From positions 1 through 51,435 of the forward strand of contig JAFGPI010000053.1 in assembly GCA_016926065.1 (NCBI GenBank): 51,435 nucleotides of DNA, read 5' to 3'. The number at the start of each line of letters is the position of its first letter. The stretch's first letter is position 1. Made by a program: the position numbers and the translations under genes. The stretch is from Candidatus Krumholzibacteriota bacterium. Lineage in GTDB: Bacteria; Krumholzibacteriota; Krumholzibacteriia; Krumholzibacteriales; Krumholzibacteriaceae. A model generated the notes under the pieces. That model worked only from the letters and a program-made list of their open reading frames with translations, searched no databases and had not been told where the DNA came from. This document shows, piece by piece, positions 27,890 to 36,835 of the stretch.

Positions 27890-30277
27890 TTAATTATCTC
27901 CGGCGCCGGAAGGTCCTTCCGTCCTCTTCTTTTCGAACCAGGCGGAGGCCCTCGCTACCACCTCGTCCAGCGAGCTTACCGGCTGGGCGGGAACCGGAAG
28001 GGATTCCAGGATCGACCTCCCGTAGGGCCGGGACGCCAATCGGGAATCGAGCAAGACCACTACTCCCTTATCCCCGGTTCGCCTGATTAATCTTCCCACG
28101 CCCTGTCGGAGCCTGAGAACCGCTTCCGGAAGGTGTAGCCTGAGGAAGGGATTTTCCCCCTCGCGACGTAGTTTATCCGATCTGGCTTCCACGATTGGTT
28201 CCGTGGGTACGGGAAAGGGAAGCTTGGGAATGACCAGTATCTCCAACTGCTCCCCCGGAAAATCTACCCCTTCCCAAAAACTGGCCACACCGCAAAGTAC
28301 GCCGCCGGAACTCCCACGGAGTCTGGCGGCCAGCACTTCCCTGCTCTCACCCCGGCCCTGAACCAACAAGGGGCCGGGAAGCGCTTTGCTTTCCAGAAAT
28401 TCGGCCGTGTCCGCGCACAGGCGGTAGGAGGTGAAAAGAACCATGAGGCTACGCTCCAGTTCCCGGGCCAGCCGGATGACGGTCTCTCCCACCCGGGTGG
28501 AGAACTCTCTCTCATGGGGATCGCCCAGATCCTCCCGGAGCAAAATCAGGCAGTTATCTTCGAACCGGAAAGGAGATTGAGCAACCAGCTCCAGGGGCTC
28601 CGGAGTAATGAACCGAATACCGAGGCGTTCTTTCAAATAATTGAAATTACCGTCCTGAACCAGGGTGGCCGAGGTAAAAACGGCCGCGGAGCAACTGTCG
28701 ACGATGAAATCGGCGAAACGGCGGTCCACCTCCAGGGGAGAGCCGCAAATATTTTCGACCGCCCCATCCGCCTTCCACCCCACCCAGAATACGCTGTTCT
28801 CATCACCGGGTCCGCAGAGGTAGCTTAGGGCATCCGCCAAGCCTTCCAGCTCCGCATGGATATATTCCAGTTCCAGTTGAAGCCCTCCTCCGGCCGAACC
28901 GGTCTTAACTTCAACCATTGGTTTAAGTAATTGCCTTAAGTTACTTATTTGCAATAAATAATGTCCGAGTTCGTCTGACAGGTCTGCGAATGTTTCTTGT
29001 CCATCATGGTACCTGGTTCGGATATTCCGTAACTCGCTCCGCGGATTAAGATGAAACGATATTGACTGGAAAAATTGACTGCATCGCCGCCGCAGCTCTT
29101 CCAGGGAAAGGGCCAGACCGTCTATCGCCTCCGGCCAGTTGACGGAACTATCGCTCAGAGATAACTCATGGATGAAAAATTTCCATTTCTCGTTTCCGGT
29201 GGATACCGGTAAAACCTGCTGCCAGAGATAGTCCAGATCTCCCGGGGATGATTTAACCGAGAGGTTTTCCATGACACAATGCTCGATATGATGGGCCTCA
29301 TCGAAGATCACGCCTCGGTACGGCCCCAGGATCGATCCTCCCTGCGCGTAATCGGTGATCAGGAGGGCGTGATTCACGAAAACGATATTGGCCTCACGCG
29401 CCTTTTTCCGGGAAATTATCAGGGGACAGCGGGAGGCATGGGCACAGGCGTTCATCAGGCATCGCGGCGGAGCCTCCAACCGCCGGTGATTTTCCCATCC
29501 GCACACCGAGGCCATCGCCTCGGCGGTACGCATTCGCGGCAGGGCCGCGCCCAGGGCCAAGGATAGGGCCTCCCGGGGATTCTCCCGCGACAGCCTTACC
29601 ACCCGGGAAATCACCTTGGCGCCGCATAGATAATTCTCCCTTCCCAACAACCTTTCCGCGGCAATGTCAATCTTAAGGATCCTTTTCAGCAACGGTAATT
29701 CCTTGAGATAGAGCTGATCCTGAAGATTCTTGGTATGGGTGGAGATGATGATCCGCTCACCGGTTTCCCGAGAGTACAGAACCGCCGGAAGGAGATAGGC
29801 CAGCGATTTTCCGGTTCCGGTTCCGGCCTCCACCAGCGCCACCCGGTCCCGGCGTAGGGCCTCCCCTACCACCCGGGCCATTTCCAGCTGTCCTTCGCGC
29901 CGCTCTCCCAAGGTGGAAAAAAGCATCCGGCAGGCGGAATCAATGGTAAGGCCGTCTCCGGCGGAGGAGGTAGGGGGCGGGGAAATCGCAAATTTTCCTT
30001 CCCGGTCGAAGAGAGAAGGGGAATCCGGGGAATTCTTCCCCAGCGCACAATCGAGCAGGGGCAATCCGGCGAATGCGGTCCGCCTGCCCAGATTCACCAA
30101 CAACGGCAGGGGCACCGGGCTGCTGCCGAGGCGCTCTAAGATATATTGTTCCCATCCGCTATTTTCCGCGGCGGTCCTGTCCGCCGGGGAGATGAAGGGA
30201 AGAAACGCTTGAGCGATTTCAAGGTTCGACGCTGATCCGCCCCCGGGGAACTTTTCCCTAATCACCTTTCCAGCCAT
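27890..30277 (-). CDS. dinG: DinG/XPD-family ATP-dependent DNA helicase
   Basis: Walker A AGTGTGKS, DEAH box (IFDEAHHIE), a Cys cluster for a 4Fe-4S domain (YLCGAK...CLMNACAHASRCP) and C-terminal helicase motifs (GVASFWEGVDFPG, RLRQGVGRLIR). Confidence 0.8.
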   Translation of the reverse strand: MAGKVIREKFPGGGSASNLEIAQAFLPFISPADRTAAENSGWEQYILERLGSSPVPLPLLVNLGRRTAFAGLPLLDCALGKNSPDSPSLFDREGKFAISPPPTSSAGDGLTIDSACRMLFSTLGERREGQLEMARVVGEALRRDRVALVEAGTGTGKSLAYLLPAVLYSRETGERIIISTHTKNLQDQLYLKELPLLKRILKIDIAAERLLGRENYLCGAKVISRVVRLSRENPREALSLALGAALPRMRTAEAMASVCGWENHRRLEAPPRCLMNACAHASRCPLIISRKKAREANIVFVNHALLITDYAQGGSILGPYRGVIFDEAHHIEHCVMENLSVKSSPGDLDYLWQQVLPVSTGNEKWKFFIHELSLSDSSVNWPEAIDGLALSLEELRRRCSQFFQSISFHLNPRSELRNIRTRYHDGQETFADLSDELGHYLLQISNLRQLLKPMVEVKTGSAGGGLQLELEYIHAELEGLADALSYLCGPGDENSVFWVGWKADGAVENICGSPLEVDRRFADFIVDSCSAAVFTSATLVQDGNFNYLKERLGIRFITPEPLELVAQSPFRFEDNCLILLREDLGDPHEREFSTRVGETVIRLARELERSLMVLFTSYRLCADTAEFLESKALPGPLLVQGRGESREVLAARLRGSSGGVLCGVASFWEGVDFPGEQLEILVIPKLPFPVPTEPIVEARSDKLRREGENPFLRLHLPEAVLRLRQGVGRLIRRTGDKGVVVLLDSRLASRPYGRSILESLPVPAQPVSSLDEVVARASAWFEKKRTEGPSGAGDN

Positions 30278-30289
30278 CTGATTCCGGAC

Positions 30290-31567
30290 CTAATCCTTTA
30301 CGCTTCGTCTGCTTCCCCTGATGGCGCAGAATTCTCCGCACATGGAGCAAAGTTCATCCGGCTCACCAGGACTCCGGTCATACATGCGGTGGGCCAGCTG
30401 GGGATCGATGGAGGAATCCAGCACGGTCCGCCATTCGAGCCGGGCCCGGGCGGCAGATAGAGTACGGTCCCAATCGGCGGCACCGGTTATTCCCTTGGCG
30501 ATATCCCCCGCGTGTGCCGCGATCCGGGTACCGATCACCCCCTCCCTGACGTCGTCGACCGTGGGCAGACGGAGGTGTTCGGCCGGAGTGACGTAACAGA
30601 GGAAATCAGCGCCGTGCCAGGCGGCGACCGCCCCGCCGATGGCGGCGGTGATATGATCGTATCCGGGAGCTATATCGGTGACCAAGGGTCCGAGAACATA
30701 AAACGGAGCTCCCCGGCAGACCTTTTTCTGAATCTGCATATTGACCGGTATCTCATGGATGGGAACGTGACCGGGGCCCTCCACGAAAACACTGATCCCC
30801 CGGCGGCGGGCCCTATCCACCAGTTCGCCTATCACCAGCAGTTCCCCTATCTGCGGACGGTCGGTGGAGTCCGCTATGGCTCCGGGACGAAGCCCGTCGC
30901 CCAGGCTGAGGGCTACGTCGTATTCATGAGCGATATCCAACAACCTGTCGTAATGCTGGTAATAAGGATTTTCTTCGTTGTTGCGGGCGATCCACTGGAG
31001 GAGAAAGCATCCCCCCCGGCTTACCACGCCCGCCGTCCTCGAGCGGGCTACCTCATCGGCCAGGCGTTTGACCAACCCGCAGTGAATGGTCATGAAATCG
31101 ACCCCGTCCCGGGCCTGGTCCTCCACCACCTGGAAAAACTTGTCCACCGGGCAGTCCTCCACCTTGCCTCCACTTCTGGTTACCTCCACGACGGCCTGGT
31201 AGATGGGAACCGTACCCACCGGAACGTTGCTTTTATCCAGAATCTTCCGCCGGATGGTGTTGATATCCCCCCCGGTGGATAGATCCATAACCGCGTCGGC
31301 ACCGGCCTCTATCGCCACTTTGAGTTTTTTCAGCTCTATATTGAGACTGTCATGATCGGGACTGGTTCCGATATTCGCGTTTACCTTGGTCCGCATACCC
31401 TCGCCTATTCCGATCACCCGGCTGTGAGGGCGGGTCATGCCCACCAAAACCACCCTTCCCGCGGCCACCAGTCCCCGTAGCTTTTCGGGGTCCATCTTCT
31501 CATCTATAGCCACCTTCCGCAGGGCCGAACTGACCTCTCCGTCCCGCGCCTTTTCATACTCAGTCAA
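30290..31567 (-). CDS. thiC: Phosphomethylpyrimidine synthase ThiC
   Basis: Conserved throughout (TIHCG, VEGPGHVP, CSMCGEFCA radical-SAM-type cluster). The tracked TTG at 31594 has no RBS. The TTG at 31567 is preceded by GGGAGGAGG-N8, so I prefer it. Confidence 0.93.
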   Translation of the reverse strand: MTEYEKARDGEVSSALRKVAIDEKMDPEKLRGLVAAGRVVLVGMTRPHSRVIGIGEGMRTKVNANIGTSPDHDSLNIELKKLKVAIEAGADAVMDLSTGGDINTIRRKILDKSNVPVGTVPIYQAVVEVTRSGGKVEDCPVDKFFQVVEDQARDGVDFMTIHCGLVKRLADEVARSRTAGVVSRGGCFLLQWIARNNEENPYYQHYDRLLDIAHEYDVALSLGDGLRPGAIADSTDRPQIGELLVIGELVDRARRRGISVFVEGPGHVPIHEIPVNMQIQKKVCRGAPFYVLGPLVTDIAPGYDHITAAIGGAVAAWHGADFLCYVTPAEHLRLPTVDDVREGVIGTRIAAHAGDIAKGITGAADWDRTLSAARARLEWRTVLDSSIDPQLAHRMYDRSPGEPDELCSMCGEFCAIRGSRRSVKD

Positions 31568-31713
31568 ACCGATTGCCTCCTCCCGATCTTCCAAATTAAC
31601 GTTTCGTCAACGAAATGCAAACTGAAACCCCGCGCGACTAGCCTGGCCCAGAGACGCCGCCGCTCCGGTGCTACCTTGACACCAATGGGAAAGGCTGAAT
31701 CCTTACCCAACGG

Positions 31714-31742
31714 ATTATACGACAAATAAACCCTCTAATCAA
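31714..31742 (-). promoter_or_regulatory. sigma70-type promoter of thiC
   Basis: Minus strand: TTGATT-N17-TATAAT. It lies about 147 nt upstream of the preferred thiC start. Confidence 0.6.
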
Positions 31743-31866
31743 TCATTCAAGTGCGGAGGCATGTCTGCAAGCGGGTGGGAAGAGCGGAATCCCCTAACGG
31801 TAAAGGGATATTCAGATCCAGACACTATAGGGCCTTCCCGGCCGTAGTTCCGGGATTCCCCTTGGG

Positions 31867-31916
31867 AAACCTAAAACCCGGCCTCCCGGTCTCGACCTCA
31901 ACCGGGCGGCCGGGTT
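31867..31916 (-). terminator. Intrinsic terminator after the 792-aa cargo gene
   Basis: Minus-strand RNA: AACCCGGCCGCCCGGU-ugaggucgag-ACCGGGAGGCCGGGUU (15 of 16 bp paired), running into UUUUAGGUUU. Confidence 0.8.
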
Positions 31917-31974
31917 GCCTGACGGAGTCCGACCTCTCACCACCTTAAAAGCTGTGGGATCCTCTACGGGTCTA

Positions 31975-34266
31975 TCACTTCAAGAGGACCATTTTCTTGG
32001 TACATTCGTAACTCCCGGTCCGCATCTGATAGAAATAGATACCGCTGGCCACCGGAGAGCCAGAGTTATTCGTCCCGGTCCACTGCACTTCGTATGCTCC
32101 GGCATCTCTGAACTCATCTAGGAGGGTCTCAATCAACCGACCGGTGACATCATAGATCCGGATGCTGACCCTTCCCCTATCCTTCAGAGAGAACCTGATC
32201 ATCGTCGAAGGATTAAAGGGATTGGGAAAGTTCTGGACCAAAAGGTTGACCTGGGGTATCTCCTCGCCCGTTATATCCATATTTACGGGGGTACCCATCC
32301 ACAGCATGACCTGGGCCATAATTTCGTTGCGTACCAGGGGAGCGATCATCTCGCCCGCATCCAGTATGTGCATAAAGCTGAATCCAAACCACATGGTATA
32401 AATTGCGTTGCCGCCCGGATTTACATCTTCATTCTGGATGGCGGCATAATAGGGATTTCCCTCAAAATCCCAGTACTGCAGGGCATAATCGGCGGGAGGT
32501 GTTTTATCCAGCATGTCAAAGCTGTTACACTCGGGCGGCCGACCAATATAAAAGGGAACTCCCGGATAAGCATCAAATATACCGGGAGAGGGAGCAGGAT
32601 AAACCTCGGTGCAGCAACAATTCTCGCTGCCGGTAAACTGGAGGTAATCGCCGAACACAAACTCCACCCCGCAACGGTACAACAGTTCCATTCCAGCGGG
32701 GCTGCCCGAGGTGATCAACTCCTCCGCTATATTGTCCCCGCAGATCCACAGGCCGGTCTGATGGTCCGATATATCCATCCACTCGATCAGGGTTTGAATG
32801 TCCGGACTTTTGTCAATGCCCGTTACCCCGTCGCAGATGGTGCACTGATCGAGCCTCCCGCAATCCCATATTATAATCCGGTAGGCGAGCCTGAGTTGCT
32901 CGGCGTGGGCGCGGCTTCCCAGGCCGTTGGAGAGGCACCGCTCCGCTCCGTTCACATCATAACGATCCGGTTGGTCCGTGGGCGGGAGTACGGCCTCGAA
33001 GGTGGGATTGTAGTATACCCGGGGGCTCACCACTTCCTCGTCATCCAGGTTTACCACCGGATCGGCGTCGGCCACATAGAGGATATCGCTCGCTCCGGTG
33101 GGCAGGCAGGTAAACTCCAGGTAATTTTCCGCGTATTCGTCTTCCTGTAGGGGAAAGCTGACGCTGTCCCCCGCGGTGTTAAACGCCCTGAAATAGTAGG
33201 ATATGCGGTATCCCCGGGTAAATAACGAGTCGTTGAGGTCGAACATATATTTATCCTCAAAGGTCATTCCCCCGGAGACGGCTTGCTCGCCCTGAATCAC
33301 GCTCCAGGGAGGCAAGGAGAGATCGGGGCGGTAGATACCATAGGTGCCCTGCAGGACCGGCCCCTCTATGTAGGGCGGTTTGGGCCCCCAGGGCGGGTCG
33401 TTGGATCCCACATATTCACAGAGCACGTGCAGGTAAACCCGGGGACCCCCGAAGAGGGGATCCTCTCCGATTCCGCTAACCATAGGAGAGGAAAAGTCAC
33501 ACATCATCGAATCACCCAGCCGGATAAACCAGGGCGAGGAACCTATATCTTTTGCCATATCGGCCCGGACGAAGCTTTCTATGTAGGCCGGATCGCTGGG
33601 GAAATTATCGCTGAAAAGATCTGCCGCGTCACAGACACAACAGACGTCCGCCTTCTTTTTCTTCGCTTTTTCGTCGGTGGACAGGCTGCAGGCCGGTGCC
33701 GCCGAATCGGGATGGGCCTTTTGCCATCTACCGTTCTCCTTGTAATCCTCGTTCTCCCCGGCCGTGACCTCATCCACCGCTCCGGCCACTTCCACCCCCA
33801 GGGAGTCCGCCAGTTCCTTTAGCTTGGCGGCGCCCAGGCTGCATGCTCCCACGTTGCATCCGAGAAGATAGACCGTCGCCCCCTCGCAGAATTTATCCTT
33901 GAGCTTTTTCAGATCGTCCCACCACTCGGCGGCCCCTCCGTTGATATGTTTTCCGTCTTCATATCCGGTACCGTCTCCCACTCCCATGACACCGGGAGCG
34001 GCATGACCGAGCAAATTCAACTCGCTGATACAGTCGTTCGTGTCGAGCTGGCCGAGAACCGAATCTACCATCGCGCTTACGCTGCCCACCATCAGGGGTG
34101 TGTGCCCGTTATCGGCCACTTCGGTGCTATCGCTCACGTGGACTCCGTTCGAACCTTTGGGCGGCTTTTCCACCACCCAGATCTCTTTCTCGGCGGCCGT
34201 GATCGTTCCCAGCAACGCGGCCACGCAAAAAAGGATCAACAATGCCGAAACTACTATATTTTTCAT
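31975..34266 (-). CDS. Secreted protein with a DUF4347-like N-domain and a T9SS C-terminal sorting domain
   Basis: Signal peptide MKNIVVSALLILFCVAALLGTITA, from the internal ATG at 34266. N-domain pattern LNLLGHAAPGVMGVGDG...ATVYLLGCNVGA...LADSLGVEVAGAVDEV. Cys clusters CCVC, CTIC and CCC. The C-terminus NFPNPFNPSTMIRF...YDVTGRLI...ASGIYFYQM matches the T9SS/FlgD-Ig-like CTD pattern. Confidence 0.6.
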   Translation of the reverse strand: MKNIVVSALLILFCVAALLGTITAAEKEIWVVEKPPKGSNGVHVSDSTEVADNGHTPLMVGSVSAMVDSVLGQLDTNDCISELNLLGHAAPGVMGVGDGTGYEDGKHINGGAAEWWDDLKKLKDKFCEGATVYLLGCNVGACSLGAAKLKELADSLGVEVAGAVDEVTAGENEDYKENGRWQKAHPDSAAPACSLSTDEKAKKKKADVCCVCDAADLFSDNFPSDPAYIESFVRADMAKDIGSSPWFIRLGDSMMCDFSSPMVSGIGEDPLFGGPRVYLHVLCEYVGSNDPPWGPKPPYIEGPVLQGTYGIYRPDLSLPPWSVIQGEQAVSGGMTFEDKYMFDLNDSLFTRGYRISYYFRAFNTAGDSVSFPLQEDEYAENYLEFTCLPTGASDILYVADADPVVNLDDEEVVSPRVYYNPTFEAVLPPTDQPDRYDVNGAERCLSNGLGSRAHAEQLRLAYRIIIWDCGRLDQCTICDGVTGIDKSPDIQTLIEWMDISDHQTGLWICGDNIAEELITSGSPAGMELLYRCGVEFVFGDYLQFTGSENCCCTEVYPAPSPGIFDAYPGVPFYIGRPPECNSFDMLDKTPPADYALQYWDFEGNPYYAAIQNEDVNPGGNAIYTMWFGFSFMHILDAGEMIAPLVRNEIMAQVMLWMGTPVNMDITGEEIPQVNLLVQNFPNPFNPSTMIRFSLKDRGRVSIRIYDVTGRLIETLLDEFRDAGAYEVQWTGTNNSGSPVASGIYFYQMRTGSYECTKKMVLLK

Positions 34267-34392
34267 TGTCTTACTCCTTTTCGGCGAAGCTCCTTCTCCG
34301 TGCGTATTGACGGTTGGGCACCGATAAAAATTCGGCGGCCTCCCGGCAATCATCAGGTAACCCCGCCTCCTGTGGTTGTTACCTCCCCGGGA

Positions 34393-34806
34393 TCACTCCT
34401 GGGCGTGACGCCGGAACCGGGCCCGGTTTCCGGGAATCACGTAGTAGCAGTTTTCCCTTTCCCGGAAGACGGAAAAATGGCTCCAATCCAAAAAGAGATG
34501 ATAGACGATCCTTGATCCATCCAAAAATTTCACGTATACATAGGCGCTGTTTTTTGTTTTCCAGCCGGAGCAATCCCTGAGGGTGTCCGATTCGATTTCG
34601 TTGAAGAGGCTGCGGATGGTATCGGGATCGGTGATATCGTAGTTCACGTCGATATCGTCCCAATCCCCGCTGGTGTTCACGGTGGCCCGGTAGATGGCCA
34701 CCGTCTGGATGCTGTCCGGATCGGGCACCTGGGCCCGGGACACAGATACAACCAGGCATAATAGAAACGAAACCGCCAGAGCCAGCTTCAAATACCGGTT
34801 CTTCAT
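34393..34806 (-). CDS. Small secreted protein of unknown function
   Basis: The ATG at 34806 is preceded by AGGAGG-N5 and gives MKNRYLKLALAVSFLLCLVVSVSRAQ (signal peptide), 137 aa in total. An in-frame upstream ATG at 34923 also has an RBS. Confidence 0.5.
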   Translation of the reverse strand: MKNRYLKLALAVSFLLCLVVSVSRAQVPDPDSIQTVAIYRATVNTSGDWDDIDVNYDITDPDTIRSLFNEIESDTLRDCSGWKTKNSAYVYVKFLDGSRIVYHLFLDWSHFSVFRERENCYYVIPGNRARFRRHAQE

Positions 34807-34985
34807 CACTACCTCCTGTTTTTGGATAATATCCCCTATTTCCAGATTCTTAAAATAAGATCGACCGGTCCCCCCTCCGGACCGGACGCACCTCGATAGA
34901 TGCACGACTTCGCAATGAGCCATACCACTCCTTCCTGCTAATGACGATATGTTGCCCTTTTGAAGATTTCAGTAAGATGGAAGAA

Positions 34986-35014
34986 ATTGTACGCCTACAT
35001 TCATGCCTTGTCAA
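34986..35014 (-). promoter_or_regulatory. Near-consensus sigma70 promoter
   Basis: Minus strand: TTGACA-N17-TACAAT. It lies in the gap between the Omp85 stop and the small secreted protein gene. Confidence 0.7.
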
Positions 35015-35095
35015 TGAACAATTAGGCGGGAGGGGCCACCCGGGAGATTCTCCATCCGGTCATTGAAGGCGGTTTGTACCGGTGTCCGGGCAGGA

Positions 35096-36835
35096 TCAAA
35101 AATTCTCGATCAACGATATATGGATAAGAGTACTTTCCAGATCTATCCTCTCTCCCACTCCAAAACTCAGCTCCACTATCCCCAATTGCGAGACCGACCG
35201 CAGGCCGAAGCCCAATCCATTCCGGAAGGTCCACCCTTCTCCGTCGCGGTACCACCCCCCGATATCGTCGAACAGAAAGAGCCTGCTTTCCTCCCCCAAA
35301 CGGTACTCCAGATTGATCCAGTTGACTCGCTCGCCCCGGAACTGGTTTTCCCGGTAACCGCGCAGAGATCTCGCCCCTCCCAGGGGATACATCTCGGAGA
35401 GGGGAACATCCCCGCTGGAAAATACCGCCTCGGATACCAATCTGCCGTGAAAGGCTTGGTTCTTCCAGGTATTTATTTTCAGGGCGCCCTCCAGGCGGTA
35501 AAGCATCTGGCCTTCGTTATCCTCACTGCCATCGGAGAAGGAATTTCTCTTGTGCGCTCCATCCAGGTGGAGCTGAAATCTCAGGGCCGAGCCGGAATCC
35601 TTGCTGATACCCAGGCGGTACCGCTGCCTGAAGCTTTTTCTCAAGGTGCTGGATTCGCCCGGAATATTCCGGTCACCGGCCATCCCTGCCAGCAGGGAAA
35701 ATTTCGGACCCAACGGCAGGCGGATATAGGCTCCGGCGGAAATCATATCGTAGAGTGTGTCGTGCACCACCTGCTGAAGCTCCACCTCCAGCTTCAGGGG
35801 GGAGGCGAAGAGAAAAGGCTCGGAGAAAAACAGCTCCGCCCGGGAATATTTCTGGCCGTCGTTCAACCAGTTGAAACGCGCGTTCCTGCCCGACCCGGCG
35901 ATGTTCCGCAATTCCAGTTCCAGGGAACCGTTCATTTGGTAATCTCCGTTATCCTTTTTGGAGAATCCAAACGCCCCCTGAAAACTATGGGGCCGTTTTC
36001 TTTCCTTTACCGTCATCACCACTTCCACTCCTCCTCCAGGACTTCTTACTATTTCGGGCTCCTCCACGCTGGCGAACAACCCGGAGGCGATCAGGTAATC
36101 CCGAGCCAGCAGCAATTTCTTTTCCCGGAAGGTTTCCCCCCTCTTCAGGCGCGAGATGCGCCGGGCGAAAGTCGAGTCGGTCTTGCTCAATCCCTCGAAT
36201 AGGATCCCCGCTAGTACCGCTTTCTCCCCCGGATAGGTGGAGAGGGATAATTCCACCGTATGGGAATCCGCCTGGAAGGTAAATCCGGTCAACCACACCT
36301 GCGCGTAAGGATAACCGGAATTGATATAGAAATCGAGCAAGCCGGCCATCGATTCGGACAGCTTGCGCGGATCAAACCGGTCTCCTTCCCGCAGGCTGAT
36401 ATATCCCGCCTCCTTGCCCCCGTCGCCGATTCTCTCCCCCCCGATCGAAATCTTTCCGATCCGGGCGCGCTCTCCCTCGAACAGGCCGATCCGGATATCC
36501 ACGGAACCATTTGTGACGCCGGTATCGACGACAGCTTCCACCGACAGCCAGCCTTGAGAGAAATAGAGGGAATCGATCCGGCCCAATTCCCGTTGCAGGA
36601 GCGAATCCGAATAGAACGCGCCGGAGCGCAGATAGCTGCCCTCTTCCAGTTCGTCGGCGCCAAACAGGCGGGCCCCGGTCCACCGTACCCGGGCGATTTT
36701 AGGGCGGGGAGCGGAATCGGCGCCGGGTGCGAAGCCGTCGCCGGAGGCCGCCTTTTCCCACCCCAGAATAATAATAAGAACCAGGGGCAATACCCATCCT
36801 CTAGAAATACGCGCGGCTTTCCATCTTGAGGGCAT
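35096..36835 (-). CDS. Omp85-family outer-membrane protein with about 3 POTRA domains (BamA/TamA-like)
   Basis: 579 aa with a signal peptide and POTRA-like repeats (IARVRWTGARLF..., IGKISIGGE..., LAGILFEGLSKT...). The barrel carries the GGARSLRGY motif and the terminal beta-signal ...ISLIENF. Confidence 0.85.
   Translation of the reverse strand: MPSRWKAARISRGWVLPLVLIIILGWEKAASGDGFAPGADSAPRPKIARVRWTGARLFGADELEEGSYLRSGAFYSDSLLQRELGRIDSLYFSQGWLSVEAVVDTGVTNGSVDIRIGLFEGERARIGKISIGGERIGDGGKEAGYISLREGDRFDPRKLSESMAGLLDFYINSGYPYAQVWLTGFTFQADSHTVELSLSTYPGEKAVLAGILFEGLSKTDSTFARRISRLKRGETFREKKLLLARDYLIASGLFASVEEPEIVRSPGGGVEVVMTVKERKRPHSFQGAFGFSKKDNGDYQMNGSLELELRNIAGSGRNARFNWLNDGQKYSRAELFFSEPFLFASPLKLEVELQQVVHDTLYDMISAGAYIRLPLGPKFSLLAGMAGDRNIPGESSTLRKSFRQRYRLGISKDSGSALRFQLHLDGAHKRNSFSDGSEDNEGQMLYRLEGALKINTWKNQAFHGRLVSEAVFSSGDVPLSEMYPLGGARSLRGYRENQFRGERVNWINLEYRLGEESRLFLFDDIGGWYRDGEGWTFRNGLGFGLRSVSQLGIVELSFGVGERIDLESTLIHISLIENF

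Noticed and set aside
31667-31708. Plus-strand GGTGCT...GGCTGAATCC..TACCC, resembling the 5' half of a TPP aptamer.
   Set aside because: It is on the wrong strand relative to thiC and no gene lies downstream on the plus strand. The 3' half (ACCUGAUC...GCG-AGGGA) is absent.
31780-31866. Minus-strand stretch GGGGAAUCCCGG...CGGCCGGGAAGGCCC...CUGGAUCUGAAUAUCCC...CCGUUAGGGGA, faintly reminiscent of a TPP riboswitch.
   Set aside because: The invariant CUGAGA and ACCUGA boxes are both altered. The segment lies upstream of the best thiC promoter and immediately after the terminator of the preceding gene.
35063-36202. 379-aa plus-strand ORF. Similar long plus-strand ORFs occur at 42068-42991, 45470-46318, 30512-31282, 26437-27237, 15424-16080, 15887-16702, 20600-21163 and 49132-49836.
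   Set aside because: All lie fully antisense to strongly supported minus-strand genes (Omp85, DUF5683-like, M6 protease, thiC, hutI, pilS, pilB, porU). Their products are R/P/G/H-rich with no motifs. They are typical shadow ORFs of GC-rich coding DNA.
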